A stretch of 64,000 bases of DNA from Methylotenera sp. (lineage in GTDB: Bacteria; Pseudomonadota; Gammaproteobacteria; Burkholderiales; Methylophilaceae): positions 5,363-69,362 of the forward strand of contig JADGRO010000016.1 in assembly GCA_017880905.1 (NCBI GenBank). Reading direction: 5' to 3'. Positions within the stretch are counted from its first letter, which is position 1, and the number at the start of each line of letters is the position of its first letter. Below, piece after piece: positions 41,517 to 52,330 of the stretch. Made by a program: the position numbers and the translations under genes. Below the pieces are notes generated by a model that saw only the letters and a program-made list of their open reading frames with translations, did no database searches and was not told the DNA's origin.

Positions 41517-42464
41517 ATGAAAAACCCACCAATAAGACTAGTCATCGCCTCGCGCGAAAGTGCGCTGGCCATGTGGCAAGCTAAACATATTCAAGCAAAA
41601 TTGCAATCCTTATATCCAAATTGTGAAGTCACAATTTTGGGCATGACGACAACTGGTGACCAAATTTTAGATTCACCCTTGGCGTATATTGGTGGCAAAG
41701 GCTTATTTGTAAAAGAGCTAGAAACCGCGCTTGCTAATGGTAGTGCCGATTTGGCCGTGCATAGCATGAAAGATGTACCGATGAACTTGCCCGATGGTTT
41801 TATGCTCGTCGCCACTGGCGAGCGCGAAGATGCGCGCGATGCATTTGTTTCAAACAATTTTAAAAATTTGGAAAGCTTGCCGCATGGTAGCATTGTGGGC
41901 ACCTCTAGCTTGCGTCGTCAAAGCCAATTACAGGCACGCTTTCCGCATCTCAAAATTGAATCACTACGCGGTAATTTACAAACACGTTTGCGTAAATTAG
42001 ACGAAGGCCAATATGCTGCAATTATTTTAGCGGCTGCGGGTTTAATTCGGTTAGGACTCGCAAATCGCATTAAGGACACCATCAGTCCGCAAGACAGCAT
42101 CCCTGCCGTTGGGCAAGGCGCGCTGGGTATAGAAATTAACGCGATGAGAGGTGATTTATTGGAAATTCTTGCGCCGCTTAATCATACCGACACACAGCTT
42201 TGTGTAGAGGCTGAGCGCGCTTTCAGCCGCGCCTTGGCAGGTAGTTGCACCGTGCCGCTGGGCGCTTATGCTTTGCGCGATGACGATACCATTAATATCG
42301 CCGGCTTTGTAGCAAGTGTGGATGGCAAGCAAATGTTGCGTGAAAAAGCACATGGCCCAGCAGCCAATGCAGAAGCGGTTGGTAGAGCATTGGCGGATAA
42401 ACTTATCAGCCGCGGCGCAGATAAAATACTCGCTGCTCTTGACCACATAAATAATGCAAAATAA
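41517..42464 (+). CDS. hemC: Hydroxymethylbilane synthase
   Basis: [32 protein letters not shown]. Confidence 0.98.
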   Translation: MKNPPIRLVIASRESALAMWQAKHIQAKLQSLYPNCEVTILGMTTTGDQILDSPLAYIGGKGLFVKELETALANGSADLAVHSMKDVPMNLPDGFMLVATGEREDARDAFVSNNFKNLESLPHGSIVGTSSLRRQSQLQARFPHLKIESLRGNLQTRLRKLDEGQYAAIILAAAGLIRLGLANRIKDTISPQDSIPAVGQGALGIEINAMRGDLLEILAPLNHTDTQLCVEAERAFSRALAGSCTVPLGAYALRDDDTINIAGFVASVDGKQMLREKAHGPAANAEAVGRALADKLISRGADKILAALDHINNAK

Positions 42465-43218
42465 GCCTTTAACTGTCATCACCATTGCGGTTACCCGCCC
42501 AGTTGATCAGGCGCAGGCTTTATGCGAGGCCATTACCCACCTTGGTGGCAGAGCAGTTTTGTTTCCCCTGCTTGCTATCACACCCTTGCCAGATTATCAC
42601 GCGTTTGAGCAACAACTTGCTGAACTAGAAACGACCGATTGGGCGATTTTCATCAGCTCAAACGCCGTTAATTACACCATGCCACGTGTGCTTAAGCACT
42701 ATGGCAATATCCCAGATAACTTAAAATTTGCTGCCATTGGCCACCAATCCGCCAAAGAGCTTGCACATTATGGCGTACGCAATGTGCTAACCCCACACAC
42801 CCGCTTTGATAGTGAAACTTTGCTAGCCTTGCCAGAAATGCATGATGTTGCCAACATGAAAATTGCTATTTTTCGTGGTGTTGGTGGGCGCGAGTTGATG
42901 GCAGAAACACTTACTGCACGCGGTGCCAACGTTTATTTTGCAGAATGTTATCAGCGCATTAATCCGCAAACTGATGCCAATTTACTGGGCGAACTTTGGA
43001 AGAAAGGCGAGCTGCAAGCGATTATTGTCACCAGCTCCGAAGCTATGCGCTACTTACTAGACATAGCGGGCACTTCAGAGTGGTTGCGCCACGTGACACT
43101 ATGCGTTAACCACGCTAGAATCGCAGAATTACCGTTACAGTTAGGCTTAAAAGTATTGGTAGCAGACGCACCAGGTGATGAGGCGATGCTGAAAAAATTG
43201 GTTAATAATTTATGTTAA
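42454..43218 (+). CDS. hemD: Uroporphyrinogen-III synthase
   Basis: [27 protein letters not shown]. Confidence 0.93.
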   Translation: MQNKPLTVITIAVTRPVDQAQALCEAITHLGGRAVLFPLLAITPLPDYHAFEQQLAELETTDWAIFISSNAVNYTMPRVLKHYGNIPDNLKFAAIGHQSAKELAHYGVRNVLTPHTRFDSETLLALPEMHDVANMKIAIFRGVGGRELMAETLTARGANVYFAECYQRINPQTDANLLGELWKKGELQAIIVTSSEAMRYLLDIAGTSEWLRHVTLCVNHARIAELPLQLGLKVLVADAPGDEAMLKKLVNNLC

Positions 43219-43251
43219 AGTTAGTTATACATTGATTTATTAAGGAATTTT

Positions 43252-44044
43252 ATGGCCATCAAATCCAAACCTCCATCAATTAATGAACAAGCCTTTGATT
43301 GCCCACACTGCGGGGCATACACGACACAGTATTGGTTCGATGTGCACATCGAACCAATAAAAAGATAATGACACGCCAATTGTATCAAGCACTATGTTTA
43401 GGGCGGTACTAAATGAGGGAAAACAACTGCCAGAAGATGTCAAAAAGAAGCAACTCAAATGGTGCGACGATATGGATTTTGGACTCATTTTTTTAGAGAA
43501 AGTTAGCGGCTATATAGACTATATTGCTTACAATATTCATCTTAGCAAGTGCTATCACTGTAAGAAAATAGCTGTCTGGATACATGGCAATCTTATATTT
43601 CCAAATGAAAAGATAGGCGTAATTCCAAATCCCGATTTGCCAGCTGAAATAATTCGAGATTTTGAAGAAGCAAGATCGATTCTCGGAGAATCGCCTAGGG
43701 GCGCTGCGGCGTTGCTTCGGCTTTGTGTTCAGAAGCTATGTGTGCATTTAGGGGAAAAAGGAAAGAATATTGATGATGATATTGTGAGTCTTGTGAAAAA
43801 AGGTCTAAACCCGTTGGTCAAGAAGTCATTAGATATTGTACGAGTCATCGGAAATGAAGCTGTTCACCCTGGTGTCATTGACTTAAATGATGATAGAGAT
43901 ACTGCTTCACAACTTCTCGACCTCATAAATTCTATAGCTGACCAAATGATTAGCCATCCAAAGCATGTTGAAGCAATGTATGAAAAATTACCTGAAAGCA
44001 AAAGAGTAGCTATCGAAAAACGTGATGAGAAATCAAAAAACTAA
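43252..44044 (+). pseudogene. DUF4145 (HEPN-like) protein with N-terminal CPHC, split by a +1 frameshift in A5 at 43359-43363
   Basis: AAGGA SD and ATG 43252 give MAIKSKPPSINEQAFDCPHCGAYTTQYW...; removing one A joins it in frame to the 43394 ORF; SPRGAAALLRLC and RVIGNEAVHPG. Confidence 0.75.
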
Positions 44045-45078
44045 GCCTTAGGTAGTGGGTTAGCAAACGTAAACGCATCACTAAAAAACTCATCCGCAGG
44101 CAAGCCTTGTTGCACAAAGGTTTGATGCGCTGCTTCACACATGCCAGGTGCGCCACACACATAGGCTTGGTAGGCGCTTAAATCCCTGTTTTGATTTAGG
44201 ACGTCATCCAATACAGCTTGGTGTACTAGCCCTGTTCTACCTTGCCAATTGCTACTAGACTGCGGTTCTGAAATCACAGGGATATACGTTAAATGTGGGG
44301 TAAATTCTGCCCATTTTTCGCACAGCTCATTCATGTATAAATCCTCTGCCACCCGCGCACCGCGATACAAAATAATTTCGCGTTTGATATTGTTGTGCAG
44401 CATGTGCTCAATAATGCCTTTAACTGGGGCAAAGCCAGTGCCGCCTGCTACAAAAATAACGGGCTTATCGGAATCCTCGCGCAGAAAAAAGTTACCAAAT
44501 GGCCCCTCTAGCCGCAAGATGGCCTTTTCTTGCATTTCATTCGCCACGTAAACGCTAAATACACCACCTGGGATGACGCGAATATGTAGCTGTAAAAATT
44601 CAGCATCGTGCGGGGCATTAGCGATAGAAAACGCGCGACGCTTGCCATCTTTTAAAATAAACTCAATATACTGACCTGCCAAAAACTGTAAGCGCTCACT
44701 CGCCGGTAATTGCAAGTGTAAAGCCACCACATCGTGCGAAAGCTGTTCTTTTTTAGCCACGCGCGCTGGCAAAATGCGCGGCTTGATACCGGTTAATCCA
44801 CCCACTTCGCGACATTCTACGATGATATCTTCTAACGGACGGGCGCAGCAAAGCAAAGTGTTGCCCGCGGCAAGCTCCACTTCTGTCATGGCACTATGTT
44901 GGTAATCGTCATGCACGACTTTGCCAGCAACTAATTTGGCTTTGCAGCTTCCGCATGCGCCATTGCGACAGCCGTATGGTATGTGAATATCCGCTTCAAT
45001 CGCAGCTTCTAGCACGGTTTGGCTTAGGCGCACATCAAACGTGTGGCCGCTATTTTGAATAGTGACTTGATGACTCAT
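44041..45078 (-). CDS. CDP-6-deoxy-delta-3,4-glucoseen reductase-like 2Fe-2S/FAD/NAD oxidoreductase
   Basis: CRNGACGSC, RAFSIAN, GGTGFAP, CG.P motifs. Confidence 0.9.
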   Translation of the reverse strand: MSHQVTIQNSGHTFDVRLSQTVLEAAIEADIHIPYGCRNGACGSCKAKLVAGKVVHDDYQHSAMTEVELAAGNTLLCCARPLEDIIVECREVGGLTGIKPRILPARVAKKEQLSHDVVALHLQLPASERLQFLAGQYIEFILKDGKRRAFSIANAPHDAEFLQLHIRVIPGGVFSVYVANEMQEKAILRLEGPFGNFFLREDSDKPVIFVAGGTGFAPVKGIIEHMLHNNIKREIILYRGARVAEDLYMNELCEKWAEFTPHLTYIPVISEPQSSSNWQGRTGLVHQAVLDDVLNQNRDLSAYQAYVCGAPGMCEAAHQTFVQQGLPADEFFSDAFTFANPLPKA

Positions 45079-45512
45079 TAATTTTTATCTTTTTCTTCGT
45101 TTACGTGCGTATATTCGCCTTCAATCACATCATCATTAGCGGCTTTTTCGTAATTTGATTGTTGCTGTGCATTAGTCGCAGTATTCAGGTTTGGCTTACT
45201 TATAGGTATTAGCAATAATATCACCGCGATTATATCTGTAATCACGCCCGGAATAATCAACAACACGCCAGCCACCATATTGCGCGCGCTTCCCAGCATG
45301 GTTTTAATCGGGTTGCCCCCTGCTGCACTCATGCTTTGCATCATTTTGGCGGACATGAGTAATTTTTCGCCGCGAATGAGTTGTAAGCCTAGCAAGCCAA
45401 CCGCGACTAAATACACTAGCAGCCACCAGCCGTAGCGATGTGCAAGCTCGACCAGCAGAAATATCTCGGCAAATGGAAAAGCGAGTAAAATTAAGCCTAT
45501 TAAAAAACGCAT
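45078..45512 (-). CDS. fxsA: FxsA family membrane protein
   Basis: P.AEI, G.LLIIPG.ITD, DVIEGEY C-terminus. Confidence 0.88.
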   Translation of the reverse strand: MRFLIGLILLAFPFAEIFLLVELAHRYGWWLLVYLVAVGLLGLQLIRGEKLLMSAKMMQSMSAAGGNPIKTMLGSARNMVAGVLLIIPGVITDIIAVILLLIPISKPNLNTATNAQQQSNYEKAANDDVIEGEYTHVNEEKDKN

Positions 45513-45548
45513 GGTTAAGAACTTTCTAAAGAATTTATCCTCATTAGG

Positions 45549-45573
45549 TTGGGGTTAGGTCTAGTAATTACAA
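45549..45573 (-). promoter_or_regulatory. sigma32-like promoter for fxsA
   Basis: TTGTAA-N13-CCCCAA on the minus strand. Confidence 0.55.
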
Positions 45574-45607
45574 CCGCTCGTGCATTAACTCAATAACGGA
45601 GCAATAT

Positions 45608-47266
45608 TTGAAACGCATTTTTAGCATTATTGTAGTGTGTTTGTGGACAACTTTCACAGCACAATTGCTACACGCGGGTGAAAGTAGCAGCGCGGTCAAA
45701 AATGCATTTACCGAAGATACTAAAGAAGACGAATTTTTATCGCCGGATGTGGCGTTTCACCTCGATTTAGCAGCAAAAGACACACAAAATATCAGCGCAA
45801 ATTTCAAAATTGCGCCGGGTTATTATTTATACAAAAACCGCATTAAATTTGGCGAGCAGGTCGAAATCCCCGTGAAAGATAGCCTTGGCCAAGGTGTTAC
45901 AGCCGTTAACCTGCCTGCGGGCGACATTAAAGACGACCCGAATTTTGGCAAACAAGAAGTGTATCACCACGATTTTGTGGCGAATATTGGATTAACCAAT
46001 AGCCGCAACCCGATTGTGATTAAAGCCATTTATCAAGGTTGTAGTGAAAAAGGCTTGTGCTACGCGCCACAAACCAAAATCATTGGCGTTAATTTACCTA
46101 TCCTAAACACCAATACTAGTGCGGCCTCCAGCCCTATTACAAATAATGATGACAAAACCACAACCGCTTTAAAATCAGGCAGTTTATGGTTGGTCATCGC
46201 AGGTTTTTTCGTAGCCGGCTTACTGCTTTCATTCACGCCGTGTGTGTTGCCGATGATTCCGATTTTATCCAGTATTATCGTCGGCAGCCAAAGCAAACAA
46301 GCGCAACCCAGTAAACTCCACGCATTCGGCTTATCAGTCGCCTATGTGCTCGGCATGGCGCTCAGCTACACCTTGGCAGGCATCGCGGCGGGATTATCGG
46401 GCAACTTAATCAGCCAGAGCCTGCAAAGCCCGTGGATATTGGCTCTCACGGCATTGTTATTTGTGGTTTTAGCATTCTCGATGTTCGGGTTTTACGAGCT
46501 TAAATTACCCTCTGCATTCGAAAATAAAATATTAAACTTCAGCAATAAACTTAAAGGCGGCGAATTTTTTGGCGTGTTTATCATGGGCGTAATTTCTTCG
46601 CTTATTGTTAGCCCATGTGTGGCAGCGCCACTCGCTGGTGCACTCATTTATATCGGCCAAACGCACAATGTGTTGCTTGGCGGCGTGAGTTTATTCATGC
46701 TGGCCATCGGTATGGGTGTACCGTTGTTGCTAATTGGGGCATCCGCAGGTAGTTTGCTGCCCAAACCAGGCGTCTGGATGACCGTGGTGCGTAACTTGTT
46801 TGGTGTGCTCATGTTGGCAATGGCGGTTTATATCGTATGGCCGGTATTGCCACATAGCATTACACAACCGGTGAATAAACTGCTTGGTTTAAGCAACAGT
46901 GCTGAACATAATTTACCATTTACTCGCATAAAATCTGTGGCCGATTTAGACGCGGCAATTAAGTCTGCCAACGGTAAAATTATAATGCTAGATTTTTATG
47001 CAGATTGGTGTACCTCATGCAAAGAAATGGAAAAACTCACTTTTAGCAATGACAAGGTAAAAGCCGCTTTGAAAAACACAATTCTACTGCAAGCAGATGT
47101 GACGGGAAATAACAATGACGACCAAGCTCTACTTAAACGATTTGGTTTATTTGGTCCGCCCGGCATTATCTTTTTCGATAAAACTGGCAATGAAGTTAAA
47201 ACTCGCGTGATCGGCTATAAAAATGCAGAAGATTTTGTACAAATACTCAATAAAATAAATCAATAA
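45608..47266 (+). CDS. dsbD: Thiol:disulfide interchange protein DsbD (TTG start)
   Basis: QGCSEKGLCY, FTPCVLP, SPCVAAP, WCTSC in alpha/beta/gamma domains. Confidence 0.95.
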   Translation: MKRIFSIIVVCLWTTFTAQLLHAGESSSAVKNAFTEDTKEDEFLSPDVAFHLDLAAKDTQNISANFKIAPGYYLYKNRIKFGEQVEIPVKDSLGQGVTAVNLPAGDIKDDPNFGKQEVYHHDFVANIGLTNSRNPIVIKAIYQGCSEKGLCYAPQTKIIGVNLPILNTNTSAASSPITNNDDKTTTALKSGSLWLVIAGFFVAGLLLSFTPCVLPMIPILSSIIVGSQSKQAQPSKLHAFGLSVAYVLGMALSYTLAGIAAGLSGNLISQSLQSPWILALTALLFVVLAFSMFGFYELKLPSAFENKILNFSNKLKGGEFFGVFIMGVISSLIVSPCVAAPLAGALIYIGQTHNVLLGGVSLFMLAIGMGVPLLLIGASAGSLLPKPGVWMTVVRNLFGVLMLAMAVYIVWPVLPHSITQPVNKLLGLSNSAEHNLPFTRIKSVADLDAAIKSANGKIIMLDFYADWCTSCKEMEKLTFSNDKVKAALKNTILLQADVTGNNNDDQALLKRFGLFGPPGIIFFDKTGNEVKTRVIGYKNAEDFVQILNKINQ

Positions 47267-47268
47267 TA

Positions 47269-47802
47269 ATGCCCAACAAACTTAAATCGCCCATTGTTTA
47301 CCTCATTCTCATCATATTGCTAGGCTTTGGCTTGCATTATTTTTTTCAAGACTCACATTTGGTAGATGGTGGCAAACAAGCCACTCAAGCCTTATTCGCA
47401 GCCAGTTTCCCCGATGAAAAAGGTCAACCACAAAACTTGAAACAATATGCTGGAAAAATTGTAGTGCTTAATTTTTGGGCTAGTTGGTGCGAGCCATGCC
47501 GCGAAGAAATGCCAGAGCTTTCAAAACTACATGAAACCTATAAAGATAAAAATTTGGTTGTACTAGGCGTGGCAATTGATGATGTCGCAGCAATTAGCAA
47601 GTTTGTCAAAGAGACCAAAGTGAGCTACCCTTTATTTGCTGCCGATATGCAAGGCATGGAAATTGCCACTAATTTGGGTAACAATAAAGATGTTTTACCT
47701 TACACCGTCATTATTAAAGCCGATGGTAGTGTAGCCAAAACCTATTTTGGACGCGTTACAAAACCATTATTAGAAGAAACCTTAACTAAATTGTTAAAGT
47801 AA
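47269..47802 (+). CDS. TlpA-family disulfide reductase
   Basis: LNFWASWCEPCREEMP; N-terminal TM anchor. Confidence 0.92.
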   Translation: MPNKLKSPIVYLILIILLGFGLHYFFQDSHLVDGGKQATQALFAASFPDEKGQPQNLKQYAGKIVVLNFWASWCEPCREEMPELSKLHETYKDKNLVVLGVAIDDVAAISKFVKETKVSYPLFAADMQGMEIATNLGNNKDVLPYTVIIKADGSVAKTYFGRVTKPLLEETLTKLLK

Positions 47803-47807
47803 ATTTT

Positions 47808-47827
47808 AGAAAGCAGTTTAGCTTTCT
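47808..47827 (+). terminator. Hairpin after the TlpA-like gene
   Basis: AGAAAGC-AGTTTA-GCTTTCT. Confidence 0.5.
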
Positions 47828-47836
47828 ATTCAATCA

Positions 47837-47932
47837 CTTAAGCTCGGTCACAACATCAACTTCGCTTAAGTTCTGCGAATCTGCTGGACAAAAACGCTTA
47901 AGTTCGGCAAACTTGCATCTATGGAGTTCTGC
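47837..47932 (+). repeat. Three to four direct repeats CTTAAG(C/T)TC(G/T)G upstream of aroQ-accBC
   Basis: Copies at 47837, 47865, 47897 plus a partial AGTTCTG at 47925. Confidence 0.65.
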
Positions 47933-47970
47933 AAAAATCCTATAAAAATGTTGGCGCAAAGAGGCGCTTT

Positions 47971-48417
47971 ATGGCAACTAAGTCAGTATTAGTGTTGCAT
48001 GGCCCGAACCTGAATCTGCTCGGTGCGCGCGAACCAGAGCATTATGGCAGTTTGACTTTGGCCGATATTAATAACAATCTGCAAACACTGGCCAAACAAG
48101 CCAATATCGCATTAGAAACTTATCAAAGTAATGCAGAAGCCGAAATTGTAGCCAAAATCCAATCTTTGGCTATCAACAAAGTTGATTTTATTATTATCAA
48201 TCCCGCTGCGTTTACACATACTTCTATTTCGATTCGCGATGCGATTTCTGCAGTAAAAATTCCGTTTATCGAAGTGCATTTATCTAACGTATTTGCCCGC
48301 GAAAGTTTTAGGCATCACTCATATTTTAGCGATATTGCCGTAGGCGTGATTAGCGGCTTGGGCGCAGAAGGTTACAGCGCCGCCTTTAATTTCGCTGCAA
48401 ATCAACTCAATAATTAA
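47971..48417 (+). CDS. aroQ: Type II 3-dehydroquinate dehydratase
   Basis: [29 protein letters not shown]. Confidence 0.97.
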   Translation: MATKSVLVLHGPNLNLLGAREPEHYGSLTLADINNNLQTLAKQANIALETYQSNAEAEIVAKIQSLAINKVDFIIINPAAFTHTSISIRDAISAVKIPFIEVHLSNVFARESFRHHSYFSDIAVGVISGLGAEGYSAAFNFAANQLNN

Positions 48418-48438
48418 AAATTATTCCCCGAGGTTATT

Positions 48439-48888
48439 ATGGATTTACGTAAACTTAAAAAATTGATTGATTTGGTGGAAGAATCCGGTATTTCTGAACT
48501 AGAACTTACCGAAGGTGAAGAAAAAGTACGCATTAGCCGCGCCTTGATGCCAAGCCAAACGCCTATGACGCACTATATGGCTACGGCACCACAACCAGTA
48601 GCAAGTGCCACGCCTATGCCAACCGCCGCAGCGCCTGTGGTTGCTGAAGTTGAAGGTCACATTGTTAAATCACCTATGGTGGGAACATTTTATCGCTCGT
48701 CTTCACCTGATGCAAAAGCGTTTATAGATATCGGCTCTAAAGTTGCCGTTGGCGATACGCTCTGTATTATTGAAGCCATGAAATTACTCAATGAAATTGA
48801 TTCTGACCACGCAGGCGTAATCAAAAAAATCTTGGTTGAGAACGGGCAACCGGTTGAATACGGCGAACCTTTATTTGTGATCGGTTAA
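48439..48888 (+). CDS. accB: Biotin carboxyl carrier protein
   Basis: [13 protein letters not shown]. Confidence 0.98.
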   Translation: MDLRKLKKLIDLVEESGISELELTEGEEKVRISRALMPSQTPMTHYMATAPQPVASATPMPTAAAPVVAEVEGHIVKSPMVGTFYRSSSPDAKAFIDIGSKVAVGDTLCIIEAMKLLNEIDSDHAGVIKKILVENGQPVEYGEPLFVIG

Positions 48889-48892
48889 TTAA

Positions 48893-50242
48893 ATGTTTGA
48901 AAAAATACTGATTGCCAATCGCGGCGAGATAGCACTTCGCGTGCAGCGTGCATGCCGTGAGCTAGGCATCAAAACAGTTGCTGTGCATTCTGAAGCCGAT
49001 AAAGAAGCTAAATACGTCAAACTGGCCGATGAGTCTGTCTGCATTGGACCAGCGCCTTCTAACCAAAGCTATTTGAATATCCCCGCCGTAATTAGTGCGG
49101 CTGAAGTCACCGACGCGCAAGCGATTCATCCCGGTTATGGTTTTTTATCCGAAAATGCTGATTTTGCAGAACGCGTAGAGCAAAGCGGCTTTGTGTTTAT
49201 TGGCCCACGAGCTGAAACCATACGTTTAATGGGCGACAAAGTCTCCGCTAAAGACGCCATGAAAAAAGCGGGTGTGCCTTGCGTGCCAGGCTCTGAAGGC
49301 GCATTGCCCGACGATTCTGCAGAAATAATAAAAACCGCTAAAAAAGTGGGTTATCCCGTGATTATTAAGGCGGCTGGCGGTGGTGGCGGACGTGGTATGC
49401 GCGTAGTGCATACCGAGGCAGCGCTCATCAATGCGGTTGCTATGACCAAAGCCGAGGCGCAAGCTGCATTTGGCAACCCCATGGTATACATGGAAAAATT
49501 TTTAGAAAATCCACGCCATATCGAAATACAGATAATGGCAGATCAACACGGTAATGCGGTGTTTTTAGGCGATCGTGATTGCTCCATGCAGCGCCGCCAT
49601 CAAAAAATTATTGAAGAAGCGCCTGCGCCATTACTTAATCCTAAATTGCGCAACAAAATTGGTGAACGTTGCGCAGATGCTTGTCGCAAAATTAAATATC
49701 GCGGCGCGGGTACGTTTGAGTTTTTATATGAAAATGAAGAATTTTACTTTATCGAAATGAATACGCGCTTGCAAGTTGAGCATACCGTTACCGAGATGAT
49801 TACCGGGCTTGATTTGGTACAAGAACAAATTTTTGTTGCCGCAGGTGAAAAATTAAAATTCCGCCAAAAAGACATTGAATTGCGTGGCCATGCGATTGAA
49901 TGTCGCATTAATGCAGAAGATCCCTATAATTTCATACCATCTCCTGGTCGTATAGGCACGTTTCATATGCCGGGCGGGCCAGGTGTACGTATTGATACAC
50001 ATGTATATTCTGGCTACACTGTGCCGCCATTCTATGATTCTATGATAGGCAAACTCATCACCTATGGTGCCACACGCAATCAAGCGATTGCGCGCATGCG
50101 CATTGCGCTTTCTGAAATGCTAGTGGATGGCATTAAAACTAATATTCCACTGCATGAAGATTTAATGGCAGATGCGGCCTTTCACTTAGGCGGCACCAGC
50201 ATTCACTACCTGGAACAGAAACTGGGTATACAGCATAAGTAA
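48893..50242 (+). CDS. accC: Biotin carboxylase
   Basis: [41 protein letters not shown]. Confidence 0.99.
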   Translation: MFEKILIANRGEIALRVQRACRELGIKTVAVHSEADKEAKYVKLADESVCIGPAPSNQSYLNIPAVISAAEVTDAQAIHPGYGFLSENADFAERVEQSGFVFIGPRAETIRLMGDKVSAKDAMKKAGVPCVPGSEGALPDDSAEIIKTAKKVGYPVIIKAAGGGGGRGMRVVHTEAALINAVAMTKAEAQAAFGNPMVYMEKFLENPRHIEIQIMADQHGNAVFLGDRDCSMQRRHQKIIEEAPAPLLNPKLRNKIGERCADACRKIKYRGAGTFEFLYENEEFYFIEMNTRLQVEHTVTEMITGLDLVQEQIFVAAGEKLKFRQKDIELRGHAIECRINAEDPYNFIPSPGRIGTFHMPGGPGVRIDTHVYSGYTVPPFYDSMIGKLITYGATRNQAIARMRIALSEMLVDGIKTNIPLHEDLMADAAFHLGGTSIHYLEQKLGIQHK

Positions 50243-51127
50243 GTGGCGTGGTTATTACTTAAAATTGATGCCGACGAGCATAATGCTGATGCGATTAGCG
50301 ATGCATTGATGCGTATTGGCGCGCTTTCTGCCAGCATCGAAGACGCAAATGCTGAAACTCATGCCGAACAAGCTATTTTTGACGAACCTGGGGATCCACC
50401 CCCAGGTATATGGCAGCAAAATATTGTCACTGCGATGTTTGATGAAGCTACCGATGTAACCCGAATAATTAGCACACTTAGCCGAGAAACTAACATTCAA
50501 GCGTTTCAGTACAGCACTGAAATAATTGCCGAGCAAGATTGGGTGCACGCTACACAAGCACAGTTTGACCCGATTAAAATTACCAATAATTTATGGATTG
50601 TGCCCACATGGCATGTTGCGCCAAACCAAGAGGCAATCAATATCGTGCTAGACCCTGGTTTGGCTTTTGGCACAGGCAGTCACCCTACCACAAGCTTGTG
50701 TTTGGAATGGCTTACACAACAGCAAGACATAAATAGCGTATTAGATTACGGTTGTGGCTCCGGCATTTTAGCCATCGCTGCCAAAAAATTAGGCGCGCAA
50801 CACGTAGTTGGCGTGGATATTGACGATCAAGCCATTATTGCAAGCAACAATAATGCAGCGCAAAATCGGGTTGAGATTGATTTTTATGATGCAAATACAT
50901 TTACTCAGCAAACTTTTGATGTAGTTGTAGCCAATATTTTATCCAGCGCATTGATGGTGCTGGCACCTGTGCTAGCAAAGTATTGCAAAACTGGTGGTAA
51001 ATTGGCATTATCAGGTATATTAGAGAGTCAAAAAGATGCGCTGACTACGCGCTACAGTGAATGGTTTAACATGGATACGCCCACACAAAAGAACGCTTGG
51101 ATACTGCTTACAGGCACAAAACGATGA
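50243..51127 (+). CDS. prmA: Ribosomal protein L11 methyltransferase (GTG start)
   Basis: DPGLAFGTGSHPTT, LDYGCGSGIL, VANIL. Confidence 0.97.
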   Translation: MAWLLLKIDADEHNADAISDALMRIGALSASIEDANAETHAEQAIFDEPGDPPPGIWQQNIVTAMFDEATDVTRIISTLSRETNIQAFQYSTEIIAEQDWVHATQAQFDPIKITNNLWIVPTWHVAPNQEAINIVLDPGLAFGTGSHPTTSLCLEWLTQQQDINSVLDYGCGSGILAIAAKKLGAQHVVGVDIDDQAIIASNNNAAQNRVEIDFYDANTFTQQTFDVVVANILSSALMVLAPVLAKYCKTGGKLALSGILESQKDALTTRYSEWFNMDTPTQKNAWILLTGTKR

Positions 51128-52044
51128 ATTACATCACCTCTTGCCCTGCCTGTGATACACAATTTTTGCTCAATAAAGAACAATTAAAATCACATCGCGG
51201 CAAAGTCCAATGCGGTAATTGTGAGCATATTTTTAATGCCAAAAATCGCCTTACTGAAATTCCTGATGACATTCATAGCCCCGCTGAATACCAATCCAGT
51301 CTTGAGTCACAAGCCTATGAAGCTTCCGAAACTACGGATGAAAAACCGATAGGTGAGGTTTTAAATATTGTATTAGAAGGTGTACCAAATTTGGAAGACC
51401 TAGAGTCAATTCCATCGGAATCATACTTGGAATCTAACGAGCCCACTATTGGCGTAACTACCACTAAGCCCGCGCATGAATTTGGCGTGTATTATGGCGG
51501 CGATCGGAGACAAACGCCTACCATTATAGAAGACTTAACAAATGACCCAAAATTTGCAAACCGAAAAACAAAACTTAATCCCTGGTTAGTGTTATTTAGC
51601 TTGCTGCTGGCCATTTTGGCTGGTTTGCAAACCATTTATACAATGCGCACCAAAATCGCCGCAGAATATCCACAATATAAGCCTTACTTAGTGCAAGCGT
51701 GTGCAGTGCTGCATTGTGATATGCCTTTATCAAAAAATTTAGATTTACTCACTATCGATGACTCGGACATGCAAGAAGATGAAAATCATACAAATGTGAT
51801 TAAATTTTCTAGTTTGCTCATTAACAATGCGCTATACGCGCAAGCATATCCCGATGTTGAACTTACGCTTACCGACACTTCCGACCAGCCCGTTTTGCGC
51901 AGACTTATTAAACCAAGCGAATACCTAGCAGCTAATACCAAAGCGGCTTCTGGCATGGAGTCGCGAGAAGAAGTCCGCATCAATCTTGCTATTAATGTGA
52001 CAGATTTAGCGGTTGCGGGTTACCGCGTTTTACTTGTTTATTAA
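51124..52044 (+). CDS. Zinc-ribbon (MJ0042-type) plus DUF3426 membrane protein
   Basis: CPAC.T.F...V.CG.C; TM; ACAVLHC; follows prmA. Confidence 0.85.
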   Translation: MNYITSCPACDTQFLLNKEQLKSHRGKVQCGNCEHIFNAKNRLTEIPDDIHSPAEYQSSLESQAYEASETTDEKPIGEVLNIVLEGVPNLEDLESIPSESYLESNEPTIGVTTTKPAHEFGVYYGGDRRQTPTIIEDLTNDPKFANRKTKLNPWLVLFSLLLAILAGLQTIYTMRTKIAAEYPQYKPYLVQACAVLHCDMPLSKNLDLLTIDDSDMQEDENHTNVIKFSSLLINNALYAQAYPDVELTLTDTSDQPVLRRLIKPSEYLAANTKAASGMESREEVRINLAINVTDLAVAGYRVLLVY

Positions 52045-52046
52045 CT

Positions 52047-52077
52047 AACATCTAATGATTTTCATTAGATGTTTTTA
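52047..52077 (+). terminator. Rho-independent terminator
   Basis: AACATCTAATGA-TTT-TCATTAGATGTT perfect 12-bp stem running into a T tract. Confidence 0.75.
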
Positions 52078-52167
52078 ATTACAACACATAGGCTTTACTT
52101 TCAACTAATCTGTAATATACAACTCATAGATTGCGTAGTACTTAATTAATTAACTAGGAGATCTACC

Positions 52168-52239
52168 ATGTGGACAAAACCAGCTGCTACTGAAATGCGT
52201 TTCGGTTTCGAAGTTACAATGTACGTAATGAACAAGTAA
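52168..52239 (+). CDS. pqqA: Pyrroloquinoline quinone precursor peptide PqqA (not in the ORF track)
   Basis: AGGAG SD; MWTKPAATEMRFGFEVTMYVMNK with the E-x3-Y core. Confidence 0.96.
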   Translation: MWTKPAATEMRFGFEVTMYVMNK

Positions 52240-52254
52240 TTGTTCAAATGTACT

Positions 52255-52282
52255 AAAAAAGGCGCCTAGTGCGCCTTTTTTT
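52255..52282. terminator. Bidirectional terminator between pqqA and oxyR
   Basis: AAAAAAGGCGC-CTAGT-GCGCCTTTTTT. Confidence 0.85.
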
Positions 52283-52330
52283 ATTAGGCGCACTTTTTAT
52301 AAGGTCACGCCTTTTTGTTGTCTGGGTTTT

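Noticed and set aside
43193-43220. TTATGTTAAAG resembling the XerD arm of dif at the hemD/DUF4145 junction
   Set aside because: The matching XerC arm is absent (AAAAATTGGTT), the match overlaps hemD's last codons, and the window is near the origin
47837-47932. Degenerate CRISPR array
   Set aside because: Repeats are only 11 bp with 17-21 bp gaps and no cas genes; kept as a regulatory repeat instead
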